The notes under the pieces were generated by a model. The model did not search any database, was not told where the DNA came from, and saw only the letters and a list, made by a program, of their open reading frames with translations. This document shows positions 20,977 to 30,986 of a stretch of DNA of 64,000 bases, one piece after another. Made by a program: the position numbers and the translations under genes. Source of the stretch: Vampirovibrionaceae bacterium NZW_1234 (GTDB lineage: Bacteria; Cyanobacteriota; Vampirovibrionia; Vampirovibrionales; JAGQHJ01); NCBI GenBank assembly GCA_041697335.1, contig JBGUGD010000002.1, positions 160,001-224,000 on the forward strand, written 5' to 3'. Position 1 is the stretch's first letter; every line of letters starts with the position of its first letter.

Positions 20977-21402
20977 GTGAAAGAGTCTTCTGAATTTGAG
21001 TATCCTACGGCTGTTTTGACGAGAGTCGGAACAATCGGTAGGTTTCCAATGCTTTGCGAAACCGGGCGTAGTCCGTTTCTGAGTAATCCAAACAAGGATT
21101 ATAACCATGTTGTGCTTCGAGGTAGTCCATTTCGCGTTGATATCGCTGACGCGTATTGGAATCGAACAAAAAAACTGTGGGGTCAAAGCCCAATTTTTTC
21201 AAGCGAATCCTCACCAAAGGATGATTATGATGCTGTGGGGGCTGGTCCAATGTATTGGAGGAACACAAGCAGCTATTGGAACAAGCTTCAACAGGATTTC
21301 GTTTTTCCGGGTTTGATGCCCCAGAATCGTGTCTATCCGCAACTGACATGTAGGACTAACTCCTATCCAATGTACTGGTACAGATGTACCAAGCATTACT
21401 GA
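20977..21402 (+). CDS. Hypothetical Tyr/Trp/Pro-rich protein
   Basis: 141-aa ORF filling the gap; repeated YWN/PMYW motifs; no clear SD. Confidence 0.45.
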   Translation: MKESSEFEYPTAVLTRVGTIGRFPMLCETGRSPFLSNPNKDYNHVVLRGSPFRVDIADAYWNRTKKLWGQSPIFSSESSPKDDYDAVGAGPMYWRNTSSYWNKLQQDFVFPGLMPQNRVYPQLTCRTNSYPMYWYRCTKHY

Positions 21403-21604
21403 CTCTCCAGAACCGAGTGAAAAAGGAACCCAAGATGAATATGATATAGCCTAGATGATATATTTGTATAAAAACGTTGTTGGCCTGAAAGTTGTTAGTT
21501 ATTGTGGGGTTTTTTTCTTAATTCATCATTAAGAAGTAAAGCCCAGAAAGGGTTTCTGGAGAATGAAAGATGGAAGTCTCTGTGTTGGAAAGTGTTTGCT
21601 AGGG

Positions 21605-23098
21605 TTAAACCATTTCCATTTCATAACTGTATAAGTGGTGAACGTCTCCTTCAGCTTGGGCAGCATGGGTCCGTAATTCGAAACGTAGGTCACCATTGTA
21701 TAAGGCCTCGTGAAGCTGAGAAATGGTCCGTGTACCAATGTCTTGAAAGCCTTGTCGTATTCCTTGAATCAGATAAGGTACATAACTTTGGATTGACCCT
21801 TTGTCTATTACTGAGCCAGAGACCCCTTGAGCCACTTTGATTTTTTCACGGTCGGCAAAGTAGCGTTTTGCACCGCCATCATTCATGGCCTCGGTAGAAC
21901 CCATGCCCCGGTATTTCTTCAGACGGACACCATCTTTATAGAAGTATTCGCCGGGAGCTTCTTCGGTTCCGGCAAGCATTCCGCCCATCATGACACATGA
22001 GGCACCCAAGGCCAGGGCTTTGACGATATGCCCGATGTTGGCAATCCCGCCATCGGCAATGACCGGTATTCCAAAGTCCTTAGCATAGCGGGCGGTTTGG
22101 AACACCGATGTCGCCTGAGGGCGGCCTACAGCCATGACTTTCTGTGTGGTGCAGATGGAGCCGGCACCCATTCCAATGCGAAGTGCGTCTGCACCTGCGT
22201 CGATGAGGTTTTTGGCTTGACGCATCGTGACAATATTTCCGGCAATGATATCCAGCTGTGGGTGGTGATACTTTATGTGGGAAATCATTTCCATCTGGTA
22301 GATGGAGTCGCCCTGGGAAGAGTCAATCACAACCACATTCAACCCTTCTTTAACCAGCAGTTCCAGTCTGTCTCGATCATCCTGGCGGGTAGAGACGGCT
22401 GCTCCAACAAGAAGGCGTTTGTTTTCGTCCTTGGAGGCAAAAGGGAAGTCTCGGTTCTTCAGCAGGTCGGTCCGGGAAATCAAGGCAACCAGGCGGAAAT
22501 TTTTGTCGACGATGGGCAATTTCCCCTTCTTACTTTCTTTTAGAATGCGGTTGGCTTCTTCTAGTGACACCCCTTCGTTTGCCACGATTAGATCTGTGGT
22601 CATCACCTCTGAGAGAAGTTTGTCCCTATCCTGAACAAAGTCGATATCCCGGGTGGTGACGATTCCAACCAACTTGGAGCCCAGGCTGCCGTCTTCGGTG
22701 ATCGGTATTCCGGAGTATCCGTGGGTCCGCTTGATAGTGTCAATGTCTTTGATGCGATGATTAGGGCTGAGTACAATGGGGTCTGCAATAAAGCCGTTCT
22801 TGAAGCGTTTTACTTTGCGGACCTGTTCGGCTTGCTCTTCTTTAGTGTTGTTATAGTGAATGAAACCAATCCCACCCAAAAGGGCCATATTAATGGCCAT
22901 GCGAGCTTCGGTAACGGTGTCCATGGGGGAGCTGGTAAGCGGATTTTTAAGGCTGATATTGCGGGTCAGTTGGGTTTCAAGGCCCGTATCTTCCACGGCA
23001 AAGTCAATGTGACCGGGTAAGAGAATGAAATCGTCGTAGGTATAGCCATGACCTTTGTCAAAAATAGCGTCGCCGGAGAGTCCATCAAACAGAGACAT
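21605..23098 (-). CDS. guaB: IMP dehydrogenase with CBS pair (eukaryote-type signatures)
   Basis: [19 protein letters not shown] (catalytic Cys), IADGGI, YRGMGS; start ATG 23098 after AAAGGA. Confidence 0.95.
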   Translation of the reverse strand: MSLFDGLSGDAIFDKGHGYTYDDFILLPGHIDFAVEDTGLETQLTRNISLKNPLTSSPMDTVTEARMAINMALLGGIGFIHYNNTKEEQAEQVRKVKRFKNGFIADPIVLSPNHRIKDIDTIKRTHGYSGIPITEDGSLGSKLVGIVTTRDIDFVQDRDKLLSEVMTTDLIVANEGVSLEEANRILKESKKGKLPIVDKNFRLVALISRTDLLKNRDFPFASKDENKRLLVGAAVSTRQDDRDRLELLVKEGLNVVVIDSSQGDSIYQMEMISHIKYHHPQLDIIAGNIVTMRQAKNLIDAGADALRIGMGAGSICTTQKVMAVGRPQATSVFQTARYAKDFGIPVIADGGIANIGHIVKALALGASCVMMGGMLAGTEEAPGEYFYKDGVRLKKYRGMGSTEAMNDGGAKRYFADREKIKVAQGVSGSVIDKGSIQSYVPYLIQGIRQGFQDIGTRTISQLHEALYNGDLRFELRTHAAQAEGDVHHLYSYEMEMV

Positions 23099-23323
23099 GT
23101 CACGAGTCCTTTTGGTTGGTTCTATGTAAGTGGTTTCCATAGAATAAACTAAAAACTCGGCCTCTGCCAAATTGCGCGTCCACTGGCAGTCTCTTGGGGC
23201 TAAGAAACCGAACAGGCGCTTTCACTGACCTCCAGGGGAAATCACAAAGTGGATGATGGCATGCCAATAAGGCACCAGAATCAGTGGATGCAGGTTTTTA
23301 GATGAATAAACGTTTGTTTATGA

Positions 23324-23707
23324 CTACCGGCTAGGGTGGTAGGGGAACCAATTGTTGGCCCAGACTTCGATGGCTTCGAGAATGGGCTTCATGGCGTGGC
23401 CTTTTTCCGTCAGTTCATACTCCACTCGCGGAGGAATGGTTGGGAATTGGTGGCGACTAATGAGGCCATAGCGTTCCAGGTGTTTGAGACGAGCCGACAA
23501 GGTCCGTGGTGAGATGCCGGAAACTTGAGATTCCAGCTCCACAAAACGCTGTTGCCCAAATTGGCTTAAAATCTGAATAATTTGAAAGGAATACTTGTCG
23601 CCCACTAAGGCCATGGCTCGCTCGACCGGCGATTCTAGTTGGTGAATCTCGTCGTTTATTAAACGATTTAGGTTTTCAGCTAATGAATCCAAGGCTTTCT
23701 GTGTCAC
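23324..23707 (-). CDS. HxlR-family winged-helix transcriptional regulator
   Basis: LVGDKYS, RFVEL, GISPRTLSARLKHLE, PTIPPRVEYELTEKG. Confidence 0.92.
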   Translation of the reverse strand: MTQKALDSLAENLNRLINDEIHQLESPVERAMALVGDKYSFQIIQILSQFGQQRFVELESQVSGISPRTLSARLKHLERYGLISRHQFPTIPPRVEYELTEKGHAMKPILEAIEVWANNWFPYHPSR

Positions 23708-23968
23708 AAGTTCAATCCTTCAGTACCTAATCACTATACTTGTTATAGTATAACCACCCAAAATAGCAAAATCAACACTTTGGTAAAGAATATAACAAGA
23801 ATGTTTTCGCTATTGAACGCTTTTTTACGATTTGTGTAGAATTACTACTTTTGGTTGTGGGCTTAAAAGCTAGTTGTGCCTTGCAATATCCCGTTATAGA
23901 GTCATTTACAATTGGTAAGTTTTGCACTACGCTAAACGCGGTATACCAGCAGAGGGAGGTTCTACGGC

Positions 23969-24910
23969 ATGGCTCCTCAGGAAGTCACTATTCAAAAGCA
24001 TTCCGAATTGGCGAACCAGGGTCGACTTGATGTGGCCTTGTCTCTGGCCGCGACAGAACATTCTGATACCCTAGTCCAAAATCTTTCTCGTTACCTTATC
24101 CCTACTCAAATAGGGCTTCATTTGCTCTATGTGGTTCCAACGCCTCAGGCTCACGACCGACGTTTTGAATCGCTGGATGAAGAGGTCTCGGCAGAGCTTC
24201 AGCAGATTGTTCATAAGCAGTTTGATGCCTATGAGGCGGTTCTTGCGAAGCAATTCCTGCCGGTCATCGATCAGACTTACATCCAAGAAGCCGAGAGTGT
24301 CGAAGAGGGTGTCCTCAGCTTTGTGGGCAATCATCAGCCGGATTTGTTGGTTTTGGGCCAGCACGTAGAGTCTCAAAAACATCAGGGTTGGCGGATTAGC
24401 TCTACGGCTTATAGTATTGCTACTCATGCAAAATCCTCCATTCTCGTCGTGAAGCAGCCACCTCGCTCAGCAGAACGCCTTCGAGTGTTCTTTGCCACTG
24501 ATGGTTCCCTGCATGCTGACAAAGCCGCAAAGGACCTGGTTCGGTTCTTGCCCAAGGAAAATACCGAGATCATTATCTTTTCGGCTGTTACAGTAAACTA
24601 TTATGTCCTGCCGCTTGTTGAGCCTTATGTGGATTATTCAGCTCTGGAGAGGGCAATGACGGGGGAGGCTGTCAACTTGATGGAGCGTTATCGTAAGCTC
24701 TTTGAACATGAAGGCTATATGGTGTCCGAATCTTACGTTCTGCTGGGCGACCCTGTGGATCGGATTCTGGAAGAATCTGAAAAGCAGCAGGCCGATTTGG
24801 TTGTTGTTGGTTCTCATGGGACTGGTGGCCGTATCAGTCGTTGGTTGTTAGGCAGTGTCAGCTCTAAAGTCCTTGAGTATAGTCCCATTTCAGTTGCAGT
24901 ATTGAAGTAA
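23969..24910 (+). CDS. Tandem-domain universal stress protein
   Basis: ATDGS, GDPVDRIL, ADLVVVGSHG, LLGSVSSKVL; SD GGGAGG. Confidence 0.9.
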   Translation: MAPQEVTIQKHSELANQGRLDVALSLAATEHSDTLVQNLSRYLIPTQIGLHLLYVVPTPQAHDRRFESLDEEVSAELQQIVHKQFDAYEAVLAKQFLPVIDQTYIQEAESVEEGVLSFVGNHQPDLLVLGQHVESQKHQGWRISSTAYSIATHAKSSILVVKQPPRSAERLRVFFATDGSLHADKAAKDLVRFLPKENTEIIIFSAVTVNYYVLPLVEPYVDYSALERAMTGEAVNLMERYRKLFEHEGYMVSESYVLLGDPVDRILEESEKQQADLVVVGSHGTGGRISRWLLGSVSSKVLEYSPISVAVLK

Positions 24911-24939
24911 GCTAGTTTTAATACTGGACAAAGTGTGGC

Positions 24940-25698
24940 CTACAGGTCATAAATCCGATGTAGGACATCTTTACGTAGAAATATGCCATTGGCTTCCAAA
25001 ACACAAGGAATCGGTTTTGCAAAAAAGGCTGGTTCGATATGAACCATTTCAAATTCTAATTCTTTTAAGTAGGTAAGTAAGTCTACTATTGTATCCTGAT
25101 TATCATAGACAGCCAGTAAGGCTAGTTCCAGCTCAATGCCTACTATATCAGGCAAAAGCGTCAATGCCCCTTCTAGTATTGGTTTTTCCATTCCTTGCGA
25201 ATCTATCTTGAGGAGGGTGGGTCTGGATTTTACCTTCAGTTCCTCTGCAAGGGAATCTAATGTAACCATGCTCACACATTGTTTTTCTGTGACTTGGGTC
25301 AGAGATTCCTGTTTTTTGAGGATAGGGGAGGTATTCAAGAAAGAACTTGATACCGAATTCGCTGCAACATTAATTTCAACGGTATCATCGATCCGGTTAC
25401 CCAGAGCTAAGTTTTGACATTCCCATAATGGATCGTTTTTAGCATTTTCCTGGAGCTGAATAAAGGCATTCGTCAATGGCTCAAAGGAGATAATATTTCC
25501 TTGATAGCCCTCTTCTCTAAGACTAGAAGCATATTGTCCTATATTGGCTCCTACGTCAATTACAGAAGCTATATTCAGGATTTCAATCAATTTTTGTCGA
25601 CAGTAGCTTAAAGTAAAGCGCTTCCTTCGAATATTAAAGCCTGCCCGTGAAAAGACAGAGACAATGTTATTTCTTAGGGTGCTTTGGATGATATTCAT
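24940..25698 (-). CDS. FkbM-family methyltransferase
   Basis: VIDVGANIGQY, ISFEP, LLKIDSQGME; AT-rich. Confidence 0.9.
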   Translation of the reverse strand: MNIIQSTLRNNIVSVFSRAGFNIRRKRFTLSYCRQKLIEILNIASVIDVGANIGQYASSLREEGYQGNIISFEPLTNAFIQLQENAKNDPLWECQNLALGNRIDDTVEINVAANSVSSSFLNTSPILKKQESLTQVTEKQCVSMVTLDSLAEELKVKSRPTLLKIDSQGMEKPILEGALTLLPDIVGIELELALLAVYDNQDTIVDLLTYLKELEFEMVHIEPAFFAKPIPCVLEANGIFLRKDVLHRIYDL

Positions 25699-25850
25699 GG
25701 GCTATTAGACTTCATCAGTACTGTCTATAACGAGGTAACTTTATAGTGATCTTATACTAACTTGTTGTTCTCTGGTTCATATGTTGAGTTTAACTATCTA
25801 ACGGATGGGCAACTTGCTTCTATATGCACTTGAAAATAATATGCATAAGC

Positions 25851-25879
25851 AAAAAAAAGCCAGAACTTCGTGTTCTGGC
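25851..25879 (-). terminator. Intrinsic terminator of TPR gene
   Basis: GCCAGAAC/GTTCTGGC stem with A8 on plus strand (U8 on minus). Confidence 0.75.
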
Positions 25880-26005
25880 GTATTGGAAAAACAGGGAGAG
25901 AGAAATGTGAGCCCATGGTGTGACGGAAGCCCTGTATTCTTTCCGGGGCTATCAAAATTGTTTGGTTGGCTTGATAGTGTTTAAGACGAGAGAGAATGAG
26001 TGGTT

Positions 26006-27700
26006 TTAGTCAAACAGGCGGTCAATGTAACTTTGAATTTCACCATCCTCCAATTCAGGGTTGTTTTGATTGATTTCGAGGGCTTGGGTGTAATACTCGG
26101 CAGCGTCCAAATTGCGGCCCATACTTTGAAGGGCACGGCCAATGTTGAAGCAGGCCAAGGTATAGTCAGACTTTAGGTTGTAGGCCTTTTGAAAGAGGGG
26201 CAAAGCCTTGGCCGGATCCGACTGTTCGTCCAGGTAAATGACACCTAAGTTATTGTGGGCGATGTGATTGGTCTGATCGAAGTGAATAGCCGTGAGATAA
26301 GCATCGATGGCTTCATCATTGCGATCCAGTTGCCAAAGAATGTAGCCGATGTTGCTGTAGCAATCGGTATTGTCGGGCATCATCTGGAGCAAGGTTTGGT
26401 AAGCTGTCAGTGCTGAATCCAGGTGCCCGCTTTCGAAGTACAGATCGGCTAGCATCGCCATGGTCTCGGCATTTTCGGGATTGTAATGAAGGGATTGCTG
26501 AAAATAGTCCAGTGCCTGGCCCGGATCATTGAAAATCTGGTAACTCATTGTACCTAGGGTTTGGGAGACAGTGGAAAGCCACTCCGGATCTGTTCCATAT
26601 TCCATAGCAATTTTGTATTCTTCGAAGGCTCCTTCCATGTCCTCCAGTTTGAAAAGCAGGAAGGCAATATTGCTGTGAAGGTATGGGTATAGGGGTTGGA
26701 GACGTTCGGCCTCTTTATAGTAGTAGAGGGCTTTGAAATAGGCTTGCTCTTCGGTATGAATCTGTCCTAATTGGTACAGCGTGTCAAAATCGTCGGCATC
26801 GACTTCGATGACCTGGTTGAGGGTTTCTACGGCGTTCGGGATGTCTTTGTTTTGAGCGTAGGCTTTGCCCAATTTTTTCATCAGGTTCAGGTTTTTGGGA
26901 TCGAGTAACAGAGCCTGACGGTAGTGCTCAATGGCTTGGGAGCGGTTTTGGGTATCGTAGAAATGCTCGTCGCCCAATAAATGAAAGAATAGGGGTTCTC
27001 TGGGCATCAAGTGTGCGCCCAGGCTGTAGGCGGCTTGGGCCAGACCTTGGAGACGAAGCTTTTTGCTGACTTTTGCCAGTCCTGTGAGGGCATATACTTG
27101 GGCATCCATAATTAGAGCTTCGGTTAGCAGCCCACAAGTTTGTTTGTCGAACGGCAGTACAGTGCAACCGCCCAGGAACTGCATGATACCCTGTGTGGCC
27201 AATGCGAACTGATTCCAGGGAGTATGAATATTGAGAGATTGCTTTAGAAGAGCGTTTCCTAGAGCGATGCGGGCTCTAGCGGATCGCAACGGTTTTTTAC
27301 GGATGGCGGTTTTGTATTCCTGAATAGCATCATCCAAAAATCCGGCGCGCTGGAGGAAGTAGCCAAGAAACAGATTCGCGTCAGCTTGTTTGGGATCCAG
27401 CTTTAGAGCGGTCTGGCAATAAAATTGAGCCAGTTCCAGGTTAATCGTGCCTTGATCCCAGAGGGCACTGGCCAATTGAATGTAGGCTTCAGCCATATTC
27501 GGCTCGATTTCTACAGCTTTTTGAAAATGCTGAATGGCGGCATCCAAATCTTGTTGGCGAGACCGGGCCAGATAGCTGTGGTATAAATTCTTCCCCATCT
27601 TCAGATGATATTCCGCTGTAACGTCCTGATGGACCGGGACCAGCGAAGAACCAGGTTGCATCGGTCCTTCTGGCTGTGGCGATGGATTTGACTGAAGCAT
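26006..27700 (-). CDS. Tetratricopeptide repeat protein
   Basis: Many TPR units (AIQHFQKAVEIEPNMAEAY, AHNNLGVIY, ACFNIGRAL); start ATG 27700 after GAGG. Confidence 0.9.
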   Translation of the reverse strand: MLQSNPSPQPEGPMQPGSSLVPVHQDVTAEYHLKMGKNLYHSYLARSRQQDLDAAIQHFQKAVEIEPNMAEAYIQLASALWDQGTINLELAQFYCQTALKLDPKQADANLFLGYFLQRAGFLDDAIQEYKTAIRKKPLRSARARIALGNALLKQSLNIHTPWNQFALATQGIMQFLGGCTVLPFDKQTCGLLTEALIMDAQVYALTGLAKVSKKLRLQGLAQAAYSLGAHLMPREPLFFHLLGDEHFYDTQNRSQAIEHYRQALLLDPKNLNLMKKLGKAYAQNKDIPNAVETLNQVIEVDADDFDTLYQLGQIHTEEQAYFKALYYYKEAERLQPLYPYLHSNIAFLLFKLEDMEGAFEEYKIAMEYGTDPEWLSTVSQTLGTMSYQIFNDPGQALDYFQQSLHYNPENAETMAMLADLYFESGHLDSALTAYQTLLQMMPDNTDCYSNIGYILWQLDRNDEAIDAYLTAIHFDQTNHIAHNNLGVIYLDEQSDPAKALPLFQKAYNLKSDYTLACFNIGRALQSMGRNLDAAEYYTQALEINQNNPELEDGEIQSYIDRLFD

Positions 27701-28256
27701 TACGACCTCTTCAAATAAACGTTTCAAATGCTGGTTCGGGAAGGCACAGCCCCTGCCTCTAGTTCTCTGTCCATAGAGACCCGTATGAGGGGTATCGACC
27801 ATGACGGGTTTAACTTTATAGTTTGGGCGAGGAGGAATTTCCTTTCTCCTCTATCGTAAGGAGTTTTTAAATTTCGTCAGGGATGGCACTACTGATTTAC
27901 AGACATTGCCATTGAAAACCTCCTAACCATCAGTGTTATACGAATTCATGTTTCAAAATGTGAAGCAAATCCGTAGAAATTGTTAGAAGATTCGATCAGT
28001 TTGGGCTTTGTTGTTTTTATATATATGTGTGTGTGAAATAACTTCTGCGACCGTGTCGGATGCACAGGTGTCGGCGGATATCTTGCTCTCCCTCTGTCTT
28101 GGGGTGGGAAAAGTCATCCGATGATATTGTGCTGAAGGTCTTCAGGGCAACTTGAGGGAAAAGGCCGCATGAGCTTGAATACAGACCTTTTTTGACCCCA
28201 TTATTTCTCATAATACCTATCGTGTTCTGTGTGTGTGCTTTAAAAGGAGTATGGTT

Positions 28257-28451
28257 ATGTTGCAAGCAAAATCTACGGATCTGACTTCCTCTTGGCTCGG
28301 AACAGAAAACAACTTTGGTGCGATTGCTCCAATGGCAAATGCTGGTCCCAAGGGGCCCCTAGGGACTGCAAATAATGCCTATGCCCAAAAACTTCTGGGG
28401 CAAACCTGGCCGATTAATATGAATGGCTACGGCCGATCATTTGGCATTTAG
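28257..28451 (+). CDS. Small hypothetical protein (64 aa)
   Basis: Strong SD AAAGGAG 7 nt upstream of ATG 28257. Confidence 0.6.
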   Translation: MLQAKSTDLTSSWLGTENNFGAIAPMANAGPKGPLGTANNAYAQKLLGQTWPINMNGYGRSFGI

Positions 28452-28527
28452 ATCCGCTTACTGTGCCAATCTTTGATGTGATGACCGTCTTAGGAAGACC
28501 TAAGGCCACTGTCTCATCGAGCGTCAT

Positions 28528-29616
28528 TTATGTGGGCAAAGACTCACTGGTTGCTGGCTTCAGCGTTGTGACGTTGTTCTTTGGGAACGGATTGGCATGG
28601 TGAGGGATAATAAACGACACGGCTTTTGGCACTACGGTAAATTCCACTGGCGTTTTTCCGATGACGTCCCCATCAACTTCAGTACGGACCGCTTGGTCTG
28701 ATGTGATGGTTACTTTTTTTGCTTTGAAGTGGGTTACGCCGTCCAGAACTTTCTTCATCAGTTTCTGAGGGGAACTGGTGAGGAGCTGATATCCGATTTT
28801 GAGGTAGTCCATGCGGTTTTGCATTCCGAGGATGGCCACATCCAAAAGGCCATCATTGGGCTTTGCGTCCGGTGTGAAGGAAAAGGGGCCCAGGAGCTTT
28901 CCGGCGTTAGCCACAAGGACGGCAATGCCTTTCTTGCGAATGAGTTTGCCATCGTCGGTTTCAATGTTAAAGGTGACAATCGGACTTGAGAACAATTGGG
29001 TGAGTACGGATTTGACATAGGCCAGCTTGCCGAACCAGCGTTTTTCTGTGCGTGTGGTAGCCTCCATGATGTCGGCATCCAGACCGGCACCGCCCATCAT
29101 AATACAAGGTTCCTTGCCGTTGGCCATTAAAATGTCGGACTCGAAACGCTTACCGGTAAGTAGAGTTTGAAGTCCTTCTTTTAAAGAGGTTGGGATTCCC
29201 AATTCCGTAGCAAAAAGGTTGCCGGTACCTCTCGGCAGGACGCCAACCGCAATGCTGGGATCTTTAAGGGGTAAAAGAGCTTTAATAACCTGACGGATAC
29301 TGCCGTCACCACCAATGGCTACCACTGTATTCAATTTATCCTTGTGCTGGGCAATCAAGGTCTGCAAGTCTGCAGGGTTCGAAGTCGCTTTAACCACCAT
29401 AAAGCGGTCTTTATCTTTAGGGCGAAAGGTGTTAAGTTCGTCTTGGATTTGCTGATCGAGGGGGCTGTCGCCCACACCCCCGGCTTGGGGGTTTACCACC
29501 AACATGATCTTGTTTTTGCTGTGGACCTGTGGCGCTGGGCTCTGGCTTGCAAAACGGATGAGAGATGGGTTGGGTCTGATCTTTGTAAGGGCTGTTGTTA
29601 TTGGGGAAGTCGCCAT
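28528..29616 (-). CDS. Diacylglycerol kinase family (YegS/DagK) lipid kinase with N-terminal RFA extension
   Basis: VVNPQAG, IGGDGS, LPRGTGNLFA, GAGLDA, PDAKPNDGLLDV, EVDGD. Confidence 0.9.
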   Translation of the reverse strand: MATSPITTALTKIRPNPSLIRFASQSPAPQVHSKNKIMLVVNPQAGGVGDSPLDQQIQDELNTFRPKDKDRFMVVKATSNPADLQTLIAQHKDKLNTVVAIGGDGSIRQVIKALLPLKDPSIAVGVLPRGTGNLFATELGIPTSLKEGLQTLLTGKRFESDILMANGKEPCIMMGGAGLDADIMEATTRTEKRWFGKLAYVKSVLTQLFSSPIVTFNIETDDGKLIRKKGIAVLVANAGKLLGPFSFTPDAKPNDGLLDVAILGMQNRMDYLKIGYQLLTSSPQKLMKKVLDGVTHFKAKKVTITSDQAVRTEVDGDVIGKTPVEFTVVPKAVSFIIPHHANPFPKNNVTTLKPATSESLPT

Positions 29617-29870
29617 GACGCAATTTATTCCTATATAGTTTCCTGTTCTATCAAAGTCCAATGTCCTGATCCATCAATGCGGCTCAAGGGAACTTTTTGA
29701 TAGCCAAGGGCGAGGATGTTACGACATGTGAAAACTTTTGTTCGTGTTTTGCCACGTTATCAAAATCTAATGAACGACATAGCCCGCTGGTTGTAGGATT
29801 AAGCCAGCGATTGGGGATCTTTTTGGGGATAAGGTCAGCGCTTGAAATCGTAAAAATGCAAACAGAACGT

Positions 29871-30275
29871 CTAATAGGAGGTTTGCCCCGGCTCTGCCAT
29901 CTGCTGGTTCCATGCCATTGGATTTTTGGAAATCCCGACGGGGGGGAGTAAAGGGATAACTTGTTCTTTTTGAAGCCCACGGCGCTTCAACTCTTCCTGA
30001 TGTCGAATATCCCGAACGGGCAGGTATGCTCGATTAACAACGTCTTCTCGCCAATTATAGGCCCATGTTTTCTGATGAATCGGGTTGAGCTTTAAGGGAG
30101 GTTGAACCGAACGCTGTGTAAACAAGTTCCTTTCCTTCATCGTGGGGTAGCCCGAGGGGATGTGTCGCGGATCGTCGTTCCAAGACCAAGCCCCTGCCGT
30201 TGGCAAAAGTGCGCCAATGACAAGTAACATCATTACGAAAAGAATCTGAACATGCCGCATGACCATCATCCCCAT
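29871..30275 (-). CDS. Hypothetical secreted protein
   Basis: Sec-type signal (RH...hydrophobic...AGA-W). Confidence 0.6.
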   Translation of the reverse strand: MGMMVMRHVQILFVMMLLVIGALLPTAGAWSWNDDPRHIPSGYPTMKERNLFTQRSVQPPLKLNPIHQKTWAYNWREDVVNRAYLPVRDIRHQEELKRRGLQKEQVIPLLPPVGISKNPMAWNQQMAEPGQTSY

Positions 30276-30458
30276 CGTGCGAACGGAGTACTAATCTCTT
30301 GCTCATTTAATCAAAGACCTGACTCAGCCGCTATTCCCCAGATGGTTAGCGGTAAAACTGCATGAGGCAATTTTGCCGGTTGAGGATTTTTATACAGGGA
30401 ATACACCTCCCCACTCGCTTTTTTGCTGTACTGTTCTTGAAATCTAGGAGAGAGTTTT

Positions 30459-30986
30459 GTGACGCGTTGTTCATTGTCTGTGGCCAGTGCTGTGCGTTTT
30501 GCAGCCAATCGCCAAGTGTTAATTGTTGACTCCTATGCCTCGAAACTGCAGAGCTTTAAGCAGTGTCTTGAGTACTGGGAGGCGAAAACCCCTCTTCCAA
30601 ATGGTGATAAGGTGGACGTCCAAGGGGCGACCACTCAGGAAGAGGCATGGCAGGTCCTTGAAACGAAACCAGTGGAGGTCGTGGTAACTTCCAGTAAATT
30701 GCCGGAGCTAGGTGACGGGTTAAGGTTTATTCGGGATATTCGGGCGCGGTTGGGGAAACAACCCTTGGTGGTAATGTGGACCTCGGATCCCTATATGACG
30801 GATGCTCAGGTGAAAAATGCCGGAGGTGACGCATTCTTTACCAGTATGAGTTCTTTTCGTGCTATTTGGACAGCATTATCATCGCATTTGCATAGGGGGT
30901 CCAATCAAACTTCAGATCGGGGCATCGCTGGATCTCAGGTTAAGAGAGAAGAGTCAGGAGATATTACAGGAGGCGATCTGGTTTAG
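30459..30986 (+). CDS. Atypical response-regulator receiver domain protein with RFA leader
   Basis: VLIVD, EAWQVL, LPELGDGLRFIRDIR, VVMWTS, AGGDAFF; phospho-acceptor Asp position reads Ser; SD AGGAG. Confidence 0.7.
   Translation: MTRCSLSVASAVRFAANRQVLIVDSYASKLQSFKQCLEYWEAKTPLPNGDKVDVQGATTQEEAWQVLETKPVEVVVTSSKLPELGDGLRFIRDIRARLGKQPLVVMWTSDPYMTDAQVKNAGGDAFFTSMSSFRAIWTALSSHLHRGSNQTSDRGIAGSQVKREESGDITGGDLV

Noticed and set aside
23100..23320. Purine or ZTP riboswitch upstream of guaB
   Set aside because: Two small hairpins exist but the conserved aptamer nucleotides of either class are not recognisable.
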